Of a DNA stretch of 64,000 bases, positions 9,868 to 19,686 are shown one piece after another. Location: the NCBI GenBank assembly GCA_963715195.1, contig CAVQRT010000030.1, positions 160,001 through 224,000 of the forward strand. Direction: 5' to 3'. The DNA comes from Thermodesulfovibrionales bacterium (GTDB taxonomy: Bacteria; Nitrospirota; Thermodesulfovibrionia; Thermodesulfovibrionales; SM23-35). Numbering within the stretch: position 1 is the stretch's first letter; every line of letters begins with the position of its first letter. Both the position numbers and the translations under genes were made by a program. A model generated the notes under the pieces. It saw nothing but the letters and a program-made list of their open reading frames with translations, made no database searches and was not told the DNA's origin.

Positions 9868-9976
9868 ATATCGTTCCAGGGGGTGGGGTTAGGTAAAAGA
9901 TCTGCATCTGACACCTGCAATCCTTGCCCTGCCATCCCTGTGTTACGGTTTGCATCAGACAGCGGTCTTTTTCCCG

Positions 9977-9985
9977 TGCTATAAT
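9977..9985 (+). promoter_or_regulatory. Extended -10 promoter (TGcTATAAT) 7 nt before bamD ATG
   Basis: Perfect TGn-TATAAT; ATG at 9993. Confidence 0.65.
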
Positions 9986-9992
9986 AGGTGCG

Positions 9993-10757
9993 ATGCAAAG
10001 AGTAAGATGCCTTCAAATATTTATTATTGCCCTGGCATGCTGTTTCATAGCATGTTCCAAAAAACCGGCTGTCCAACCCGCTCAAAAATTTGATCCGGAA
10101 ACATCTTTTACCACCGCTAATGAACTTCTGGAGAAAAAGGAATATGAAAAGGCACGGGCTTCTTTTCTTGAGGTAAAGAACCGGGATCAGACAAGAAAAT
10201 TTGCTCCATTGGCTCAGTTGAAAATCGCCGATTCTTATGTGAAAGAGGAAGAGCCTGAACTTGCCGTTGCTGAATACCGGAAATTCCTTGATGCCTATCC
10301 GGACCACCAGTATGCCTCATATGCGCAATATCAGATTGCCATGGTCTACTTCGATCAGATTGAAAGCCCGGAGAGAGGATATGGGGGAGCGGCAAAATCC
10401 CTTGAAGAGTTCGAGAAGCTTAAAAAAATGTTTCCGAGAAACCCTTACAAAGAGGCTGTAGATCTTAAGATAGAGAAATGCCGTAATACGATTGCTGAAT
10501 ATGAATATCTGGTCGGAAAATTCTATTACAAAAAGGGATCTTATCAGGCTGCACTCGGAAGGTTTGATGGCCTGTTGAAAAAATACCCAGGGTACCAGGG
10601 AGCATCTGATGTTCTTTATTATACAGCCATGTCATATAAAAACCTTGGTAATGCCGAACGTGCGCTGGAGTATTTATCGCTCTTTATTGAACGGTATCCG
10701 TCACATAAACTCGTTAAGGATGCACAGAAAGAGATCGCTTCTCTGAGCAGGAAATAA
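9993..10757 (+). CDS. bamD: Outer membrane protein assembly lipoprotein BamD
   Basis: Lipobox FIAC and TPR-like helices (AQLKIAD, YPDHQYASYAQYQIAM, EYLVGKFYYKKG, AALGRF). Confidence 0.85.
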   Translation: MQRVRCLQIFIIALACCFIACSKKPAVQPAQKFDPETSFTTANELLEKKEYEKARASFLEVKNRDQTRKFAPLAQLKIADSYVKEEEPELAVAEYRKFLDAYPDHQYASYAQYQIAMVYFDQIESPERGYGGAAKSLEEFEKLKKMFPRNPYKEAVDLKIEKCRNTIAEYEYLVGKFYYKKGSYQAALGRFDGLLKKYPGYQGASDVLYYTAMSYKNLGNAERALEYLSLFIERYPSHKLVKDAQKEIASLSRK

Positions 10758-10813
10758 TCTCTCAGTCCTGATAGATCTGATCAATGAGTATTTCGCACTA
10801 TTCATAAAAAATA

Positions 10814-11494
10814 ATGAAACGCAGGCAACCTGGTTCCTTGCATTCTCATGCAATAGCTCCCCCTTTGTACTATCCCCTCTTTCTTAACCTTTCAGGGAAA
10901 AAGACGGTTGTGATCGGTGGGGGCAAGGTTGCCGAGAGAAAGATGGGCCCCTTGCTGAAGGCAGGAGCAAAAGTTACTGTCATCAGCCCTGAGATCACGA
11001 AAAAGATTGCAAGGATGAAACAGAAAAAAATGGTTCAACACATCGCAAGACTCTACAGGAAGGGAGATCTGAAAGAAGCGTTTCTTGTGATAGCGGCAAC
11101 GGATTCGCTCCCCGTCAATGAGCAGGTGTCGCGGGATGCCCCCTGCCTTGTGAATGTTGTGGATACACCCCACTTATGCAACTGTATTGTTCCGTCGACC
11201 ATGATCCGCGGTCCCCTGAACATCGCAGTGTCAACAAGTGGTATCAGCCCTGCTCTTTCCCGGTCGATACGGAAAGAGCTGGAAAAAGTTTACGGATGTG
11301 AATTTACGCAGTACCTGCAATCTTTGAGGAAAATTCGTCAGGATGCGATGAAGATGATTCGTGACAAAAAGAAGAGAACGGAGTTTTTGAAGTGTATTGC
11401 CTCGGAGGAGATGGTTAAAAAAGTCAGGAGCAAGGGATTAAAGGAGATCAGAAGAACAGCAGAAGATTTATTGAAAAAGGCAAAGGCGTCTTGA
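10814..11494 (+). CDS. Precorrin-2 dehydrogenase / sirohydrochlorin ferrochelatase (SirC/Met8-like)
   Basis: YYPLFLNL, VIGGGKVAERK, VNVVDTP, AVSTSGISPALSR. Confidence 0.9.
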   Translation: MKRRQPGSLHSHAIAPPLYYPLFLNLSGKKTVVIGGGKVAERKMGPLLKAGAKVTVISPEITKKIARMKQKKMVQHIARLYRKGDLKEAFLVIAATDSLPVNEQVSRDAPCLVNVVDTPHLCNCIVPSTMIRGPLNIAVSTSGISPALSRSIRKELEKVYGCEFTQYLQSLRKIRQDAMKMIRDKKKRTEFLKCIASEEMVKKVRSKGLKEIRRTAEDLLKKAKAS

Positions 11495-11533
11495 TTCAAA
11501 TAGGGCAGACATTATCTAAGAGAGGAGGCAACC

Positions 11534-11950
11534 ATAGAAATCAAAATCACTTTTCCAGGCGGCAAGAAAGTGAATGCAGAGTTCAATGGCTTTGCCATCG
11601 AGACTGACCAGCCGGTAAAGTATGGAGGAGAGGGTTCGGCCCCATCTCCCTATGAACATTTTCTTGCATCAATAGGTACATGCGCAGGCATATATGTGCT
11701 CAGTTTCTGTGAAAAGCGCAACATTCCGACAGAAAATATTGCTCTGAGTCAGCGCCTTGAATACCGAAAGATAGCAGAGGGAAAGATAACGCTCGAAAAG
11801 ATTATCGTTGAAATTATCGTTCCGCCATCTTTCCCGGAGAAATACCACCAGGCCCTGATAAAAGTGGCAGACCAGTGTGCTGTAAAAAAGACCATTATGA
11901 ACCCTCCACAGTTTGAGATCAAGACAGTCGTGCAACAGGCGGGCGCCTAA
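11534..11950 (+). CDS. OsmC-family protein (apparent ATA start at 11534)
   Basis: TDQP..GG.GSAPSP, LASIGTCAG and CAVKK two-Cys OsmC pattern. GAGGAGG SD lies 5 nt before the in-frame ATA. Confidence 0.8.
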   Translation: MEIKITFPGGKKVNAEFNGFAIETDQPVKYGGEGSAPSPYEHFLASIGTCAGIYVLSFCEKRNIPTENIALSQRLEYRKIAEGKITLEKIIVEIIVPPSFPEKYHQALIKVADQCAVKKTIMNPPQFEIKTVVQQAGA

Positions 11951-12028
11951 GAGGAAAATGGCTGAATATATAGCTGATGCAAAACGTATCTCGTCGAAGG
12001 ATAAGAAAAGTTTGGAATCTAAACTCTA

Positions 12029-12037
12029 TGGTAAAAT
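12029..12037 (+). promoter_or_regulatory. Extended -10 promoter (TGgTAAAAT) 5 nt before LysR ATG
   Basis: TGn-TAAAAT with no SD before ATG 12043. Confidence 0.6.
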
Positions 12038-12042
12038 GATAC

Positions 12043-12936
12043 ATGGATATACACCAACTGCGCGTATTCGCTTCAGTCTTTAAGAACAGAAGTTTTTCAA
12101 AGGCATCGCTGGACCTCCACCTTACCCAACCAACCATCAGCAATCACATCAAGGCTCTGGAAGATGAGTTTGCATGCAGGTTGTTTGACCGTATGGGCAG
12201 GACTATCATACCAACAAAGGAGGCAGAAGTTCTCTACAGCCAGTCTACAGAGATTATTGAAAAAGCTGAGGCTCTGAAGGATGCTCTCGGGGAGCTCAAA
12301 AAAGAGGCAACGGGGAAGCTTATCATTGGTGCCAGCACAATACCTGGTGTGTACTTAATGCCACGCATTATGACTGAATTTCAGAAAAAATATCCTGCTA
12401 TTTCCTTTCAGATACTGATCGCCGACTCTCGGGGCATTCTTGACAGTATTTCAAAACATGAACTTCTCCTCGGCATTGTAGGTGCTAAACTGGGAAATGA
12501 TCAGATAGACTATACACCCTTTGTTGAGGACGAGTTAATTGTTGTTTCAGCACCATCGATGACGGAGAAGAGCACTATCATGCTCAGGGAATTGCTTGCC
12601 CTCCCCATGGTCTTTCGTGAGGAGGGCTCCGGAACCCGAAAGGAGGCGGAAAAATTTCTTGAAATGAAGGGGATAGCCTTAGAAGATCTTAAGATTGCAG
12701 GAATCTTTGGTTCAACCGATGCGGTAAAACAGGCTGTTAAGGCAGGGCTCGGCGTTTCCATCCTCTCAAAATTCTCTGTTGCAGATGAACTGGAGCACAA
12801 ACTGCTCAAAGAGCTGCATCTCACCGATATTGAGATGAAAAGAAATTTTTATATCGTGACACATAAGAAAAGAACTCTTCCCCGTTTATACGACATATTT
12901 TTACAGCATATCCTATCAGCCGCAGCAAACCTCTAA
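12043..12936 (+). CDS. LysR-family transcriptional regulator (CysL-like)
   Basis: SFSKAS..LHLTQPTISNHIKALE HTH; GASTIPG; REEGSGTR. Confidence 0.93.
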   Translation: MDIHQLRVFASVFKNRSFSKASLDLHLTQPTISNHIKALEDEFACRLFDRMGRTIIPTKEAEVLYSQSTEIIEKAEALKDALGELKKEATGKLIIGASTIPGVYLMPRIMTEFQKKYPAISFQILIADSRGILDSISKHELLLGIVGAKLGNDQIDYTPFVEDELIVVSAPSMTEKSTIMLRELLALPMVFREEGSGTRKEAEKFLEMKGIALEDLKIAGIFGSTDAVKQAVKAGLGVSILSKFSVADELEHKLLKELHLTDIEMKRNFYIVTHKKRTLPRLYDIFLQHILSAAANL

Positions 12937-12948
12937 TTCCAAAATATC

Positions 12949-13926
12949 TCACACATGAAGGCCGCATATATCAAGGAGTCTCAGGTCATCTTCGGGGTTT
13001 CGTCCAATTGTTGTCAGATAATTACCGGTAATCATGCCGTTGGCGCCTGCGAAAAATATCATTGAGTTGAATTCTCCGAGCACCTGCATTCTCCCACCGC
13101 ATATCCTGAGCTCCTTTCGGGGGAAGATGAAACGATACAGACTGACAATCTTTAAAGCTTCGATCGGATGGAGGAAGGTTTTATTTCCGAAAGCGGTTCC
13201 CTGAACAGGTATCAGAAAGTTGATCGGAACAGAGTCCACATCGAGTTCTCGCAGAGCAAAAGCCATGTCTATTCTGTCCTGCCATGTCTCTCCCAGACCG
13301 AAGATGCCACCAGAACAGACAGACAGCCCTGCTGCCCGGGCTGCCTGGATTGTCTGTATTTTATCAGCATAACTATGAGTGCCGCATATCTCCGGAAAAT
13401 GCTTCGGAGAAGTCTCTAAATTGTGGTGATAGCGATCAAGGCCGGCAGCTTTCATTACTGAAAGCTCATCTTCCTGAAGCAGACCAAGACTGGCACAGGG
13501 ATTGATACCGAGATCGCTGATTGCAGAAATCATATCTGCGATCTTGAGGAGGTCTTTTCGGGAGACTTTTCGGCCGCTTGTCACAATCGAGAATCTTTTT
13601 ATGCCATATTTTCTTGATTCCCGGGCTTTTTGGAGAACGCGCTCTTTTTCCAGCAAGGAATATGTATCAATCTTCGCTCGGCTTCGTGAAGATTGGGCAC
13701 AGAACGCGCAGTCTTCAGAGCAAGAGCCTGATTTTGCATTGATAATTGAACATAACCCGGCAAGATCCCCTCTGAAATGGGACCGGAGCCTGTTCGCTGA
13801 CGCGAAAAGATTGAGGATATCAGGACCGGAAATTCCTGTAATGAAGGCAGCTTCTTCCCTTGTTATCGGGGAGCCTCTCAGGATATGCTCCTCGATATGT
13901 TTGATTTTCTCCACCAAATCTGTCAT
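12949..13926 (-). CDS. bioB: Biotin synthase
   Basis: NAKSGSCSEDCAFCAQS, YHHNLETS, CSGGIFGLGE, SVPINFL, GNYLTT; SD GGGAGG before ATG 13926. Confidence 0.95.
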   Translation of the reverse strand: MTDLVEKIKHIEEHILRGSPITREEAAFITGISGPDILNLFASANRLRSHFRGDLAGLCSIINAKSGSCSEDCAFCAQSSRSRAKIDTYSLLEKERVLQKARESRKYGIKRFSIVTSGRKVSRKDLLKIADMISAISDLGINPCASLGLLQEDELSVMKAAGLDRYHHNLETSPKHFPEICGTHSYADKIQTIQAARAAGLSVCSGGIFGLGETWQDRIDMAFALRELDVDSVPINFLIPVQGTAFGNKTFLHPIEALKIVSLYRFIFPRKELRICGGRMQVLGEFNSMIFFAGANGMITGNYLTTIGRNPEDDLRLLDICGLHV

Positions 13927-14255
13927 TGCCTCCCGGAGAACTGTGTAACCCAAAAAATGCATTTGAAAAGTGCAAATGTTAAAAATATATTATTTTTCGA
14001 TACCTTAGTGTACCTTGAACTGATGGGTTTATAAATAATGTTCTTCATAGAACGATGGTGAATATTTCTCATCGAATTATCGAGTTAAGTAATTTTATAA
14101 ATAATGTCTGCACTTTTCGGGTTAAAATCTTGCGTGAATCCGTCCCAAAAATATTACCTCAAGACTAAATTCCCAAATCTCGCTCTGCATGCACAAACTA
14201 TAATGTTCATGTATCCAGACTTCTCAGGGTCCGAGGGGCTGACATATAATAACTA

Positions 14256-14264
14256 TGATATAAT
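14256..14264 (+). promoter_or_regulatory. Extended -10 promoter (TGaTATAAT) 5 nt before HAD ATG
   Basis: Perfect TGn-TATAAT with no SD before ATG 14270. Confidence 0.65.
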
Positions 14265-14269
14265 TTTTC

Positions 14270-14926
14270 ATGTCAATTCAACTTTTGCTCTTTGACCTTG
14301 ATGGTACCCTTGTTGATACCATCAGGGATATAACCAATGCTTTGAATTATGCCCTGAAATCTGTCGGGATCATAGAAATCTCTACCGATGAAACGAAAGC
14401 GCTTGTTGGAGAAGGAATCACAAAACTTCTCGAAAAGGTATTAGGAGAACAAAACAAGAAATTCAGCGAGGATGCGAAAAGAAAATTCCTCGCTTTTTAT
14501 ACCGATCACCTCATTGATTATTCGTCTGTGTATCCTGATGTAAAAGAAACACTCGGCCGTCTTGTTCATTACAGGAAGGCCGTGATTTCAAACAAGAGGG
14601 AATATCAGTCAACAGAGATCCTCAGTAGGCTCAATCTCCTTAGAAATTTCGATTTTGTCGTCGGAAGCGATACCACGCCTGAAAGAAAGCCTTCAGCAGT
14701 TCCTATTCTGCATGTCATTCAGAAGCTCGCAGTCAGACCAGAAGCAACGGTGATGATCGGGGACAGTAACTTTGATATTGAAGCAGGGAAGAAAGCAGGG
14801 GTTACGACCGTGGCTGTTACCTATGGGTATCGGGAGAGGAAGTATCTTTCAAATGCCGATTACATGATAGACAAATTTTCCGAACTCCCCGCCGTTCTTG
14901 ACAGAATTTCTTCTGAATTCATATAA
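14270..14926 (+). CDS. HAD-superfamily phosphatase (phosphoglycolate phosphatase-like)
   Basis: FDLDGTLVD, SNK, KP, MIGDS..DI. Confidence 0.9.
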   Translation: MSIQLLLFDLDGTLVDTIRDITNALNYALKSVGIIEISTDETKALVGEGITKLLEKVLGEQNKKFSEDAKRKFLAFYTDHLIDYSSVYPDVKETLGRLVHYRKAVISNKREYQSTEILSRLNLLRNFDFVVGSDTTPERKPSAVPILHVIQKLAVRPEATVMIGDSNFDIEAGKKAGVTTVAVTYGYRERKYLSNADYMIDKFSELPAVLDRISSEFI

Positions 14927-14956
14927 TTCTGATTCAAACTTTTTCCGGTTTAATCC

Positions 14957-15033
<77 letters not shown>

Positions 15034-15166
15034 AATGAATTTGGTATATAATATAGTGAGTTCACAACTGGTCACGTTGAGTACGGCTGAACAGGGTATG
15101 AAGGTAATCCATGCCCTATTTCTCTTTGAACTCTCAGGTTAATTTCCTGTTTGCTGTTTTGCACAT

Positions 15167-15243
15167 GGTGGGTGTAGCTCAATGGTCAGAGCACTGGACT
15201 GTGGCTCCAGGTGTTGGGGGTTCGAGTCCCCTCACTCACCCCA
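15167..15243 (+). tRNA. tRNA-His (GTG)
   Basis: G-1, acceptor GTGGGTG/CACTCAC, anticodon arm CTGGA-CT-GTG-GC-TCCAG, CCA. Confidence 0.97.
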
Positions 15244-15268
15244 GAAAATTTGCTTTGCAAATTTTGCA

Positions 15269-15354
15269 AGTTAAACAGTCAGAAGTTAACAGTTAGCGGA
15301 TATCAAAATTATAACAAGAGATTTCTTAAATTTTCACTTTCAACTTTTAACTTT
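15269..15354. repeat. Inverted pair of heptamer-periodic tracts in the tRNA spacer
   Basis: AGTTA/AGTCA units spaced about 7 nt at 15269-15295 and complementary taaattt tcacttt caacttt taacttt at 15327-15354. Confidence 0.55.
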
Positions 15355-15361
15355 ATCTGGT

Positions 15362-15435
15362 GCGCCTGTAGCTCAGTGGATCAGAGCATCGGCCTCCGGA
15401 GCCGAGGGTCGGAGGTTCGAATCCTCTCAGGCGCG
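15362..15435 (+). tRNA. tRNA-Arg (CCG), CCA not encoded
   Basis: Acceptor GCGCCTG/CAGGCGC, anticodon arm TCGGC-CT-CCG-GA-GCCGA, GGTTCGAATCC; followed by CTC. Confidence 0.95.
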
Positions 15436-15452
15436 CTCCTTCTCAGACATGT

Positions 15453-15528
<76 letters not shown>

Positions 15529-15711
15529 ATATTTTAAAAGTCATTTCAGGCGCTTAGAGCCTTGAAAGCCCTTTTTAGTTGCTCCGTAAAATGGGGTAAA
15601 ATAGGCCAAAATGACCTGTTTTGTTATCAAAATTCACTCACCTGCCCTACCATGAACCGACCTCATAGCCTTGAGGATGCAAAAAGAGTAATTAACGATA
15701 AATGAGCTGCT

Positions 15712-16518
15712 CTATTTCTTAAATATCTGCCTAAGGAATATCTTTAGTTCCTCCCATGACCTTTTGTCTGCCTCTGCGTTATAGGCAACCGGAATATTAA
15801 ATTTCTTGCCATATTCATCAGCCTTGGGATTAGTGAAGCTATGGAGTGCCCCGGGATATGCAATAAACCGAGAATCAGCTCCAGCTTTTTTCATCTCATT
15901 CTTGAAAGCCTCGATCTGCTCCCCTGTGATAAACCTGTCGTCAGCACCATGAAGGACGAGAATTTTTGCCTTCACAGAACTCCGCTCAGCAGGCTCCACC
16001 GCAGCAAGGCTCCCATGGAAGCTCGCAACTCCCTGTAAGTCAACGCCTTGACGTGCCATGTTGAGTACAATACCTCCGCCAAAGCAATACCCCACTGCTG
16101 CAATCTTGTCCCGATCAACCACGGGTTGCGCTTTCAGAAATTCCATAGCGGCAATGAACCGATCTTTTGCGGTGCCAAAGTTCTTCATGAGTTCTGATGA
16201 AAACTTGCCTGCATTATCAGGGTGCTCTGCCTGTTTCCCCTCCCCATACATATCAACCGCAAGGGCTGCATATCCCAGTTCTGCCAGCATACGAGCACGC
16301 TTCCGTGCGTAGTCGTTTAGTCCCCACCATTCATGTACTATCAGGACGCCCGGTCTCCTGCCCCTGATATTTTTGTCATACGCGAGATACCCCTTCATAA
16401 CCTCACCTTTTGCACTATATTCCACTGTCGATCCGTCGATATCCGGCATAGCTTGAGCAGATCCCGCAAGTATCAACGTTAATAACATCATTATCGGCAT
16501 CAGATATGCGTGTCTCAT
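15712..16518 (-). CDS. Dienelactone hydrolase family protein, secreted
   Basis: Signal peptide, HEWWGLN, GYCFGG nucleophile, HGADD, HSFTNP. Confidence 0.92.
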   Translation of the reverse strand: MRHAYLMPIMMLLTLILAGSAQAMPDIDGSTVEYSAKGEVMKGYLAYDKNIRGRRPGVLIVHEWWGLNDYARKRARMLAELGYAALAVDMYGEGKQAEHPDNAGKFSSELMKNFGTAKDRFIAAMEFLKAQPVVDRDKIAAVGYCFGGGIVLNMARQGVDLQGVASFHGSLAAVEPAERSSVKAKILVLHGADDRFITGEQIEAFKNEMKKAGADSRFIAYPGALHSFTNPKADEYGKKFNIPVAYNAEADKRSWEELKIFLRQIFKK

Positions 16519-16621
16519 AGTACCCTCCGTGATTTGTTTGAATAATCAAAGTTTAGCAAAATTATTTTGATAATCCGCACATTAATAAATGCAAGAGACT
16601 TGAAACGGTCGTGTCTGCAGA

Positions 16622-18211
16622 TCAGTCTTGCAGAAACCTATCATGCGAATAGTAGTCACCATGGCCGGGAACTATCGTGGCTTTTTGGTCGCTCTTGCGC
16701 AGAAACGCATCAAAATTGACTATTAGCTTTTTCATCATTTCCATTTCACGGCGAAATAACTCACTGTCGACATTGGTGCTTGTCATCATAAACTTCGGGA
16801 GATTCAATATTTCGCGCTCCCCAGGGCTGAGACTATCAACAAACAAAAGATAGTCACCCGTAAATATAAGTCCCGAGTCGTAGCTCAAGAAAAAAACCTG
16901 CCCCGGGGTATGGCCTCCCCTGCTCCCGAGAACTTTGTAAGACTGACCGGACAGTTCAAACTGATCTATCACCGGAAAACCATCTATCCATTCCGTTACG
17001 CTGGAGGAGTAGGGGACCCAGTTCTTGGGTACCCGGAATTTCGTGAACTCATTCACCAGGGCAGTGAAGCAGTGATTCAGTTCCAAAAGTGGCGTATTGC
17101 TCCCCCATGCGCGGTTTTCATGCTCAAGAACGCCCCGGGCTTCTGCGTGCAGATATACACGGCTCCCCAACTCATCGGCAAAGTAGCCGCTCATGCCGGC
17201 ATGGTCGGCATCCGCGTGGCTGAGATAGATCCTGCCGACTTTCTCCGGATCAAGGCCGTTTTCCCTGAACATAGTCTTTGCATCTTCGTAATAAAGACCA
17301 TAACCGCTGTCTATCATGACGAGCTCTTCATCGCTCTCAAGCACATTGATATTGCCACCCGTGGGCAACCTGAATGCGTGGAATTTTATCCGGTCAAAGA
17401 CGAGAGGAGGGAGCGTGCGATAGAAAAACTTTTTTCCGGTTTTCATCAGGGAGGCAGATGCGAAGGCAAGGATACTGGTGGTAATATCACCGGTGTTAAA
17501 GTGCTTGCCTGCTTCCCGGCTGAACCGTATGAGTGAATCGGAGAGCCGCTGTGACGATTGAACGATCCTCCTCAGGTTCTCAATATCATCTGTGTCAAGA
17601 AGCTTTCTCAGATGGAAGAAAAACCGTTCAATGAGATTCAGCCCGATGATGTCCTCTATCTCCCGTTGCTCTGCGCCCCGGTAGACCAGGCTGTAATAAT
17701 AGCCCCTTTCGTTCATCTCCTTCAGGAGGCTGTCAATTTCGCCCGGTTTCTGGGTTGCTATCGAAAAATGTGCAGAGGTTTCGGACACATCTTCATGGTA
17801 TGCCATATAGATAACATTGGCCTTGTGCTCAGATAACAGGCGAGCAAACCTCCCGAGGGTACCGGGCAGGTGCTGAAGCTGAACTTCTATTTTCAGAATG
17901 TTCCTGGTATCCATAACTCCCAGCTCAAGCTTTGGAATCGGAAATTGACCACCCAGAAGATGAGACCGGGACAGGACAGATGAAATGAGGCTGAGCGCCT
18001 CTTCGGATTTGCTGGATACTTCTATGAGGACCCGGTTTGGATGCTCTGATCGGTTGTATTGAAAGAAGATGATATTGATACCATAGTCTGCAAACATGCC
18101 TGCGAGTTCGGAGAGAGACCCTGGACGGTCGACAAGAAAGAGGCACCCTTTCCCGAGGTAGCCTCCTTCAGGCGATGCAGAACGATATATCTGGAAGTAT
18201 TTCTCGCTCAT
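16622..18211 (-). CDS. Tandem ACT-domain plus metallo-beta-lactamase-fold hydrolase
   Basis: DRPGSLSELA..GINI and HLPGTLGRFA..ANVI ACT motifs; IDSGYG, SHADADHAG, GGHTPG, FTGD, PGHG. Confidence 0.8.
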   Translation of the reverse strand: MSEKYFQIYRSASPEGGYLGKGCLFLVDRPGSLSELAGMFADYGINIIFFQYNRSEHPNRVLIEVSSKSEEALSLISSVLSRSHLLGGQFPIPKLELGVMDTRNILKIEVQLQHLPGTLGRFARLLSEHKANVIYMAYHEDVSETSAHFSIATQKPGEIDSLLKEMNERGYYYSLVYRGAEQREIEDIIGLNLIERFFFHLRKLLDTDDIENLRRIVQSSQRLSDSLIRFSREAGKHFNTGDITTSILAFASASLMKTGKKFFYRTLPPLVFDRIKFHAFRLPTGGNINVLESDEELVMIDSGYGLYYEDAKTMFRENGLDPEKVGRIYLSHADADHAGMSGYFADELGSRVYLHAEARGVLEHENRAWGSNTPLLELNHCFTALVNEFTKFRVPKNWVPYSSSVTEWIDGFPVIDQFELSGQSYKVLGSRGGHTPGQVFFLSYDSGLIFTGDYLLFVDSLSPGEREILNLPKFMMTSTNVDSELFRREMEMMKKLIVNFDAFLRKSDQKATIVPGHGDYYSHDRFLQD

Positions 18212-18356
18212 CTCCTCTTTGCATTGTCAGATTATCTTTTGTTCCATATTATAAGATACTGCTGGCTGCTTTTATCCATAATGCAGTTTATCAGGTATTG
18301 TGCACTCAAAATGTGCCCTGGATTGAGAAAATAAACGTGATGAGGTGTAATAGACT

Positions 18357-19154
18357 ATGGAGATACCATTTCAAAGATGGCATGACGCTCTCCTCAGAAG
18401 GCGATCACGCCGGCTGTATGAACCCAGGCCGATCGCCTCTCAGGTTTTCAAAAGCCTCGCTGCCGCCTGCGATGACTTTCGGCCATTCGACACGGCAAGA
18501 GCAGTGCTTGCAGAGGAAGCAGAAAAGGTGTTCAAGGGCATTATCGGCGCTTACGGCAAGATCAGGGGCGCACCCTTGTTCATTGCCTTTACCGGAGACA
18601 CCCGTGATCCTCATGTCCATGAAAAGATTGGATATGCTGGAGAGGGCATCATACTTGAGGCTACTGCTCTCGGGCTTGGGACATGCTGGGTTGGTAAATC
18701 ATTTGACCAGGGAGTCGCATCCTCCTTTCTCTCAATCGGGGAGCACGAGCGGGTATTTGCGGTAACACCCGCCGGATATGCCGCACAAGAGACATCTTTT
18801 GAAGAACGGTTTCTCACAGGATTCGGGCGGACCCACAAGAGGAAGCCCCTTGATGAACTGGTCAGCGGGATGCCGAAGACTGAATGGCCTGAATGGGTGA
18901 GGATGTCTCTGCTGGCGGCGAGGATAGCCCCCTCTGCAGTGAACAGGCAGCCATGGCGCTTTCTGGTGGAGTCAAACAGCATTACTGTTTCCGTTGATGA
19001 CCTGCGGGACAGTTATGGCATCTCAAAACGGCTTGATTGTGGTATCGCGATGCTCCACATCGACATTGCGTCACATGTCTGCGGTTTTGCCGGGAAATGG
19101 GAGTTCCTTGATCCTCCCGGAGTAGCGAGGTTTACTGGACTCACCTCACAATAG
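18357..19154 (+). CDS. Nitroreductase family protein (two-domain)
   Basis: RRSRRLY, LGLGTCWV, APSAVNRQPW, DCGIAMLH. Confidence 0.88.
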   Translation: MEIPFQRWHDALLRRRSRRLYEPRPIASQVFKSLAAACDDFRPFDTARAVLAEEAEKVFKGIIGAYGKIRGAPLFIAFTGDTRDPHVHEKIGYAGEGIILEATALGLGTCWVGKSFDQGVASSFLSIGEHERVFAVTPAGYAAQETSFEERFLTGFGRTHKRKPLDELVSGMPKTEWPEWVRMSLLAARIAPSAVNRQPWRFLVESNSITVSVDDLRDSYGISKRLDCGIAMLHIDIASHVCGFAGKWEFLDPPGVARFTGLTSQ

Positions 19155-19160
19155 GCTGCT

Positions 19161-19187
19161 AGAGACTTCTATCGGCAAGTCTCTTTC
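19161..19187 (+). terminator. Probable intrinsic terminator
   Basis: AGAGACTT-n8-AAGTCTCT hairpin with short T run, between convergent genes. Confidence 0.5.
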
Positions 19188-19245
19188 AAGCCGTTACCGG
19201 CTGCCATGGTTCCGCTCATTTGTTCTCGATTATGTTCGTGGCGTG

Positions 19246-19671
19246 TTAATCTTCTTTTTGCGGAAGCCGGCGTAAGTCGTGCTCGCAGGTATATTTTCTG
19301 CAACACTGGGGGCGTCTGTCATGGATGCTGCAGAAGAAAGTCACACGGTCAAGATATGGGCAGAACCCATCAGCATCTTTTGCAATGTAGTAAGGGCGGG
19401 AAGGGTTGTATTTGTAAGAACCTTTTTTTACTTCTTCCTGCGTCAGTGCAAACACATAAGAGCAGCATGCAGCCCTGCACGATGAAATTTTCGACAAACA
19501 GTCGACAAAAACATCCGGCTCAGAATCGTCATCCAGACTGTATAACTTGCCATCAATCATTATTATATGCTTGAGCGCGACAGAAAGAATTTTTTCTTTT
19601 TCTTCAGTCGAATAATTATGCGCGGCATGTTTGCTGACCGGCACACTTTTTCTGTTCTTGTCCTTGCTCAC
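19246..19671 (-). CDS. YkgJ-like cysteine-cluster (Zn/Fe-chelating) protein
   Basis: C..K...CRAACC, GFCPYLD, CSIHDRRPQCCRKYTC. Confidence 0.8.
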   Translation of the reverse strand: MSKDKNRKSVPVSKHAAHNYSTEEKEKILSVALKHIIMIDGKLYSLDDDSEPDVFVDCLSKISSCRAACCSYVFALTQEEVKKGSYKYNPSRPYYIAKDADGFCPYLDRVTFFCSIHDRRPQCCRKYTCEHDLRRLPQKED

Positions 19672-19686
19672 CGGTTGCGCCTCGTC

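Noticed and set aside
13930..14100. BirA operator upstream of bioB
   Set aside because: I found no convincing TGTAAAC-n14-16-GTTTACA palindrome.
15436..15438. tRNA-Arg(CCG) as a pseudogene because CCA is missing
   Set aside because: The cloverleaf is intact, and CCA is commonly added post-transcriptionally.
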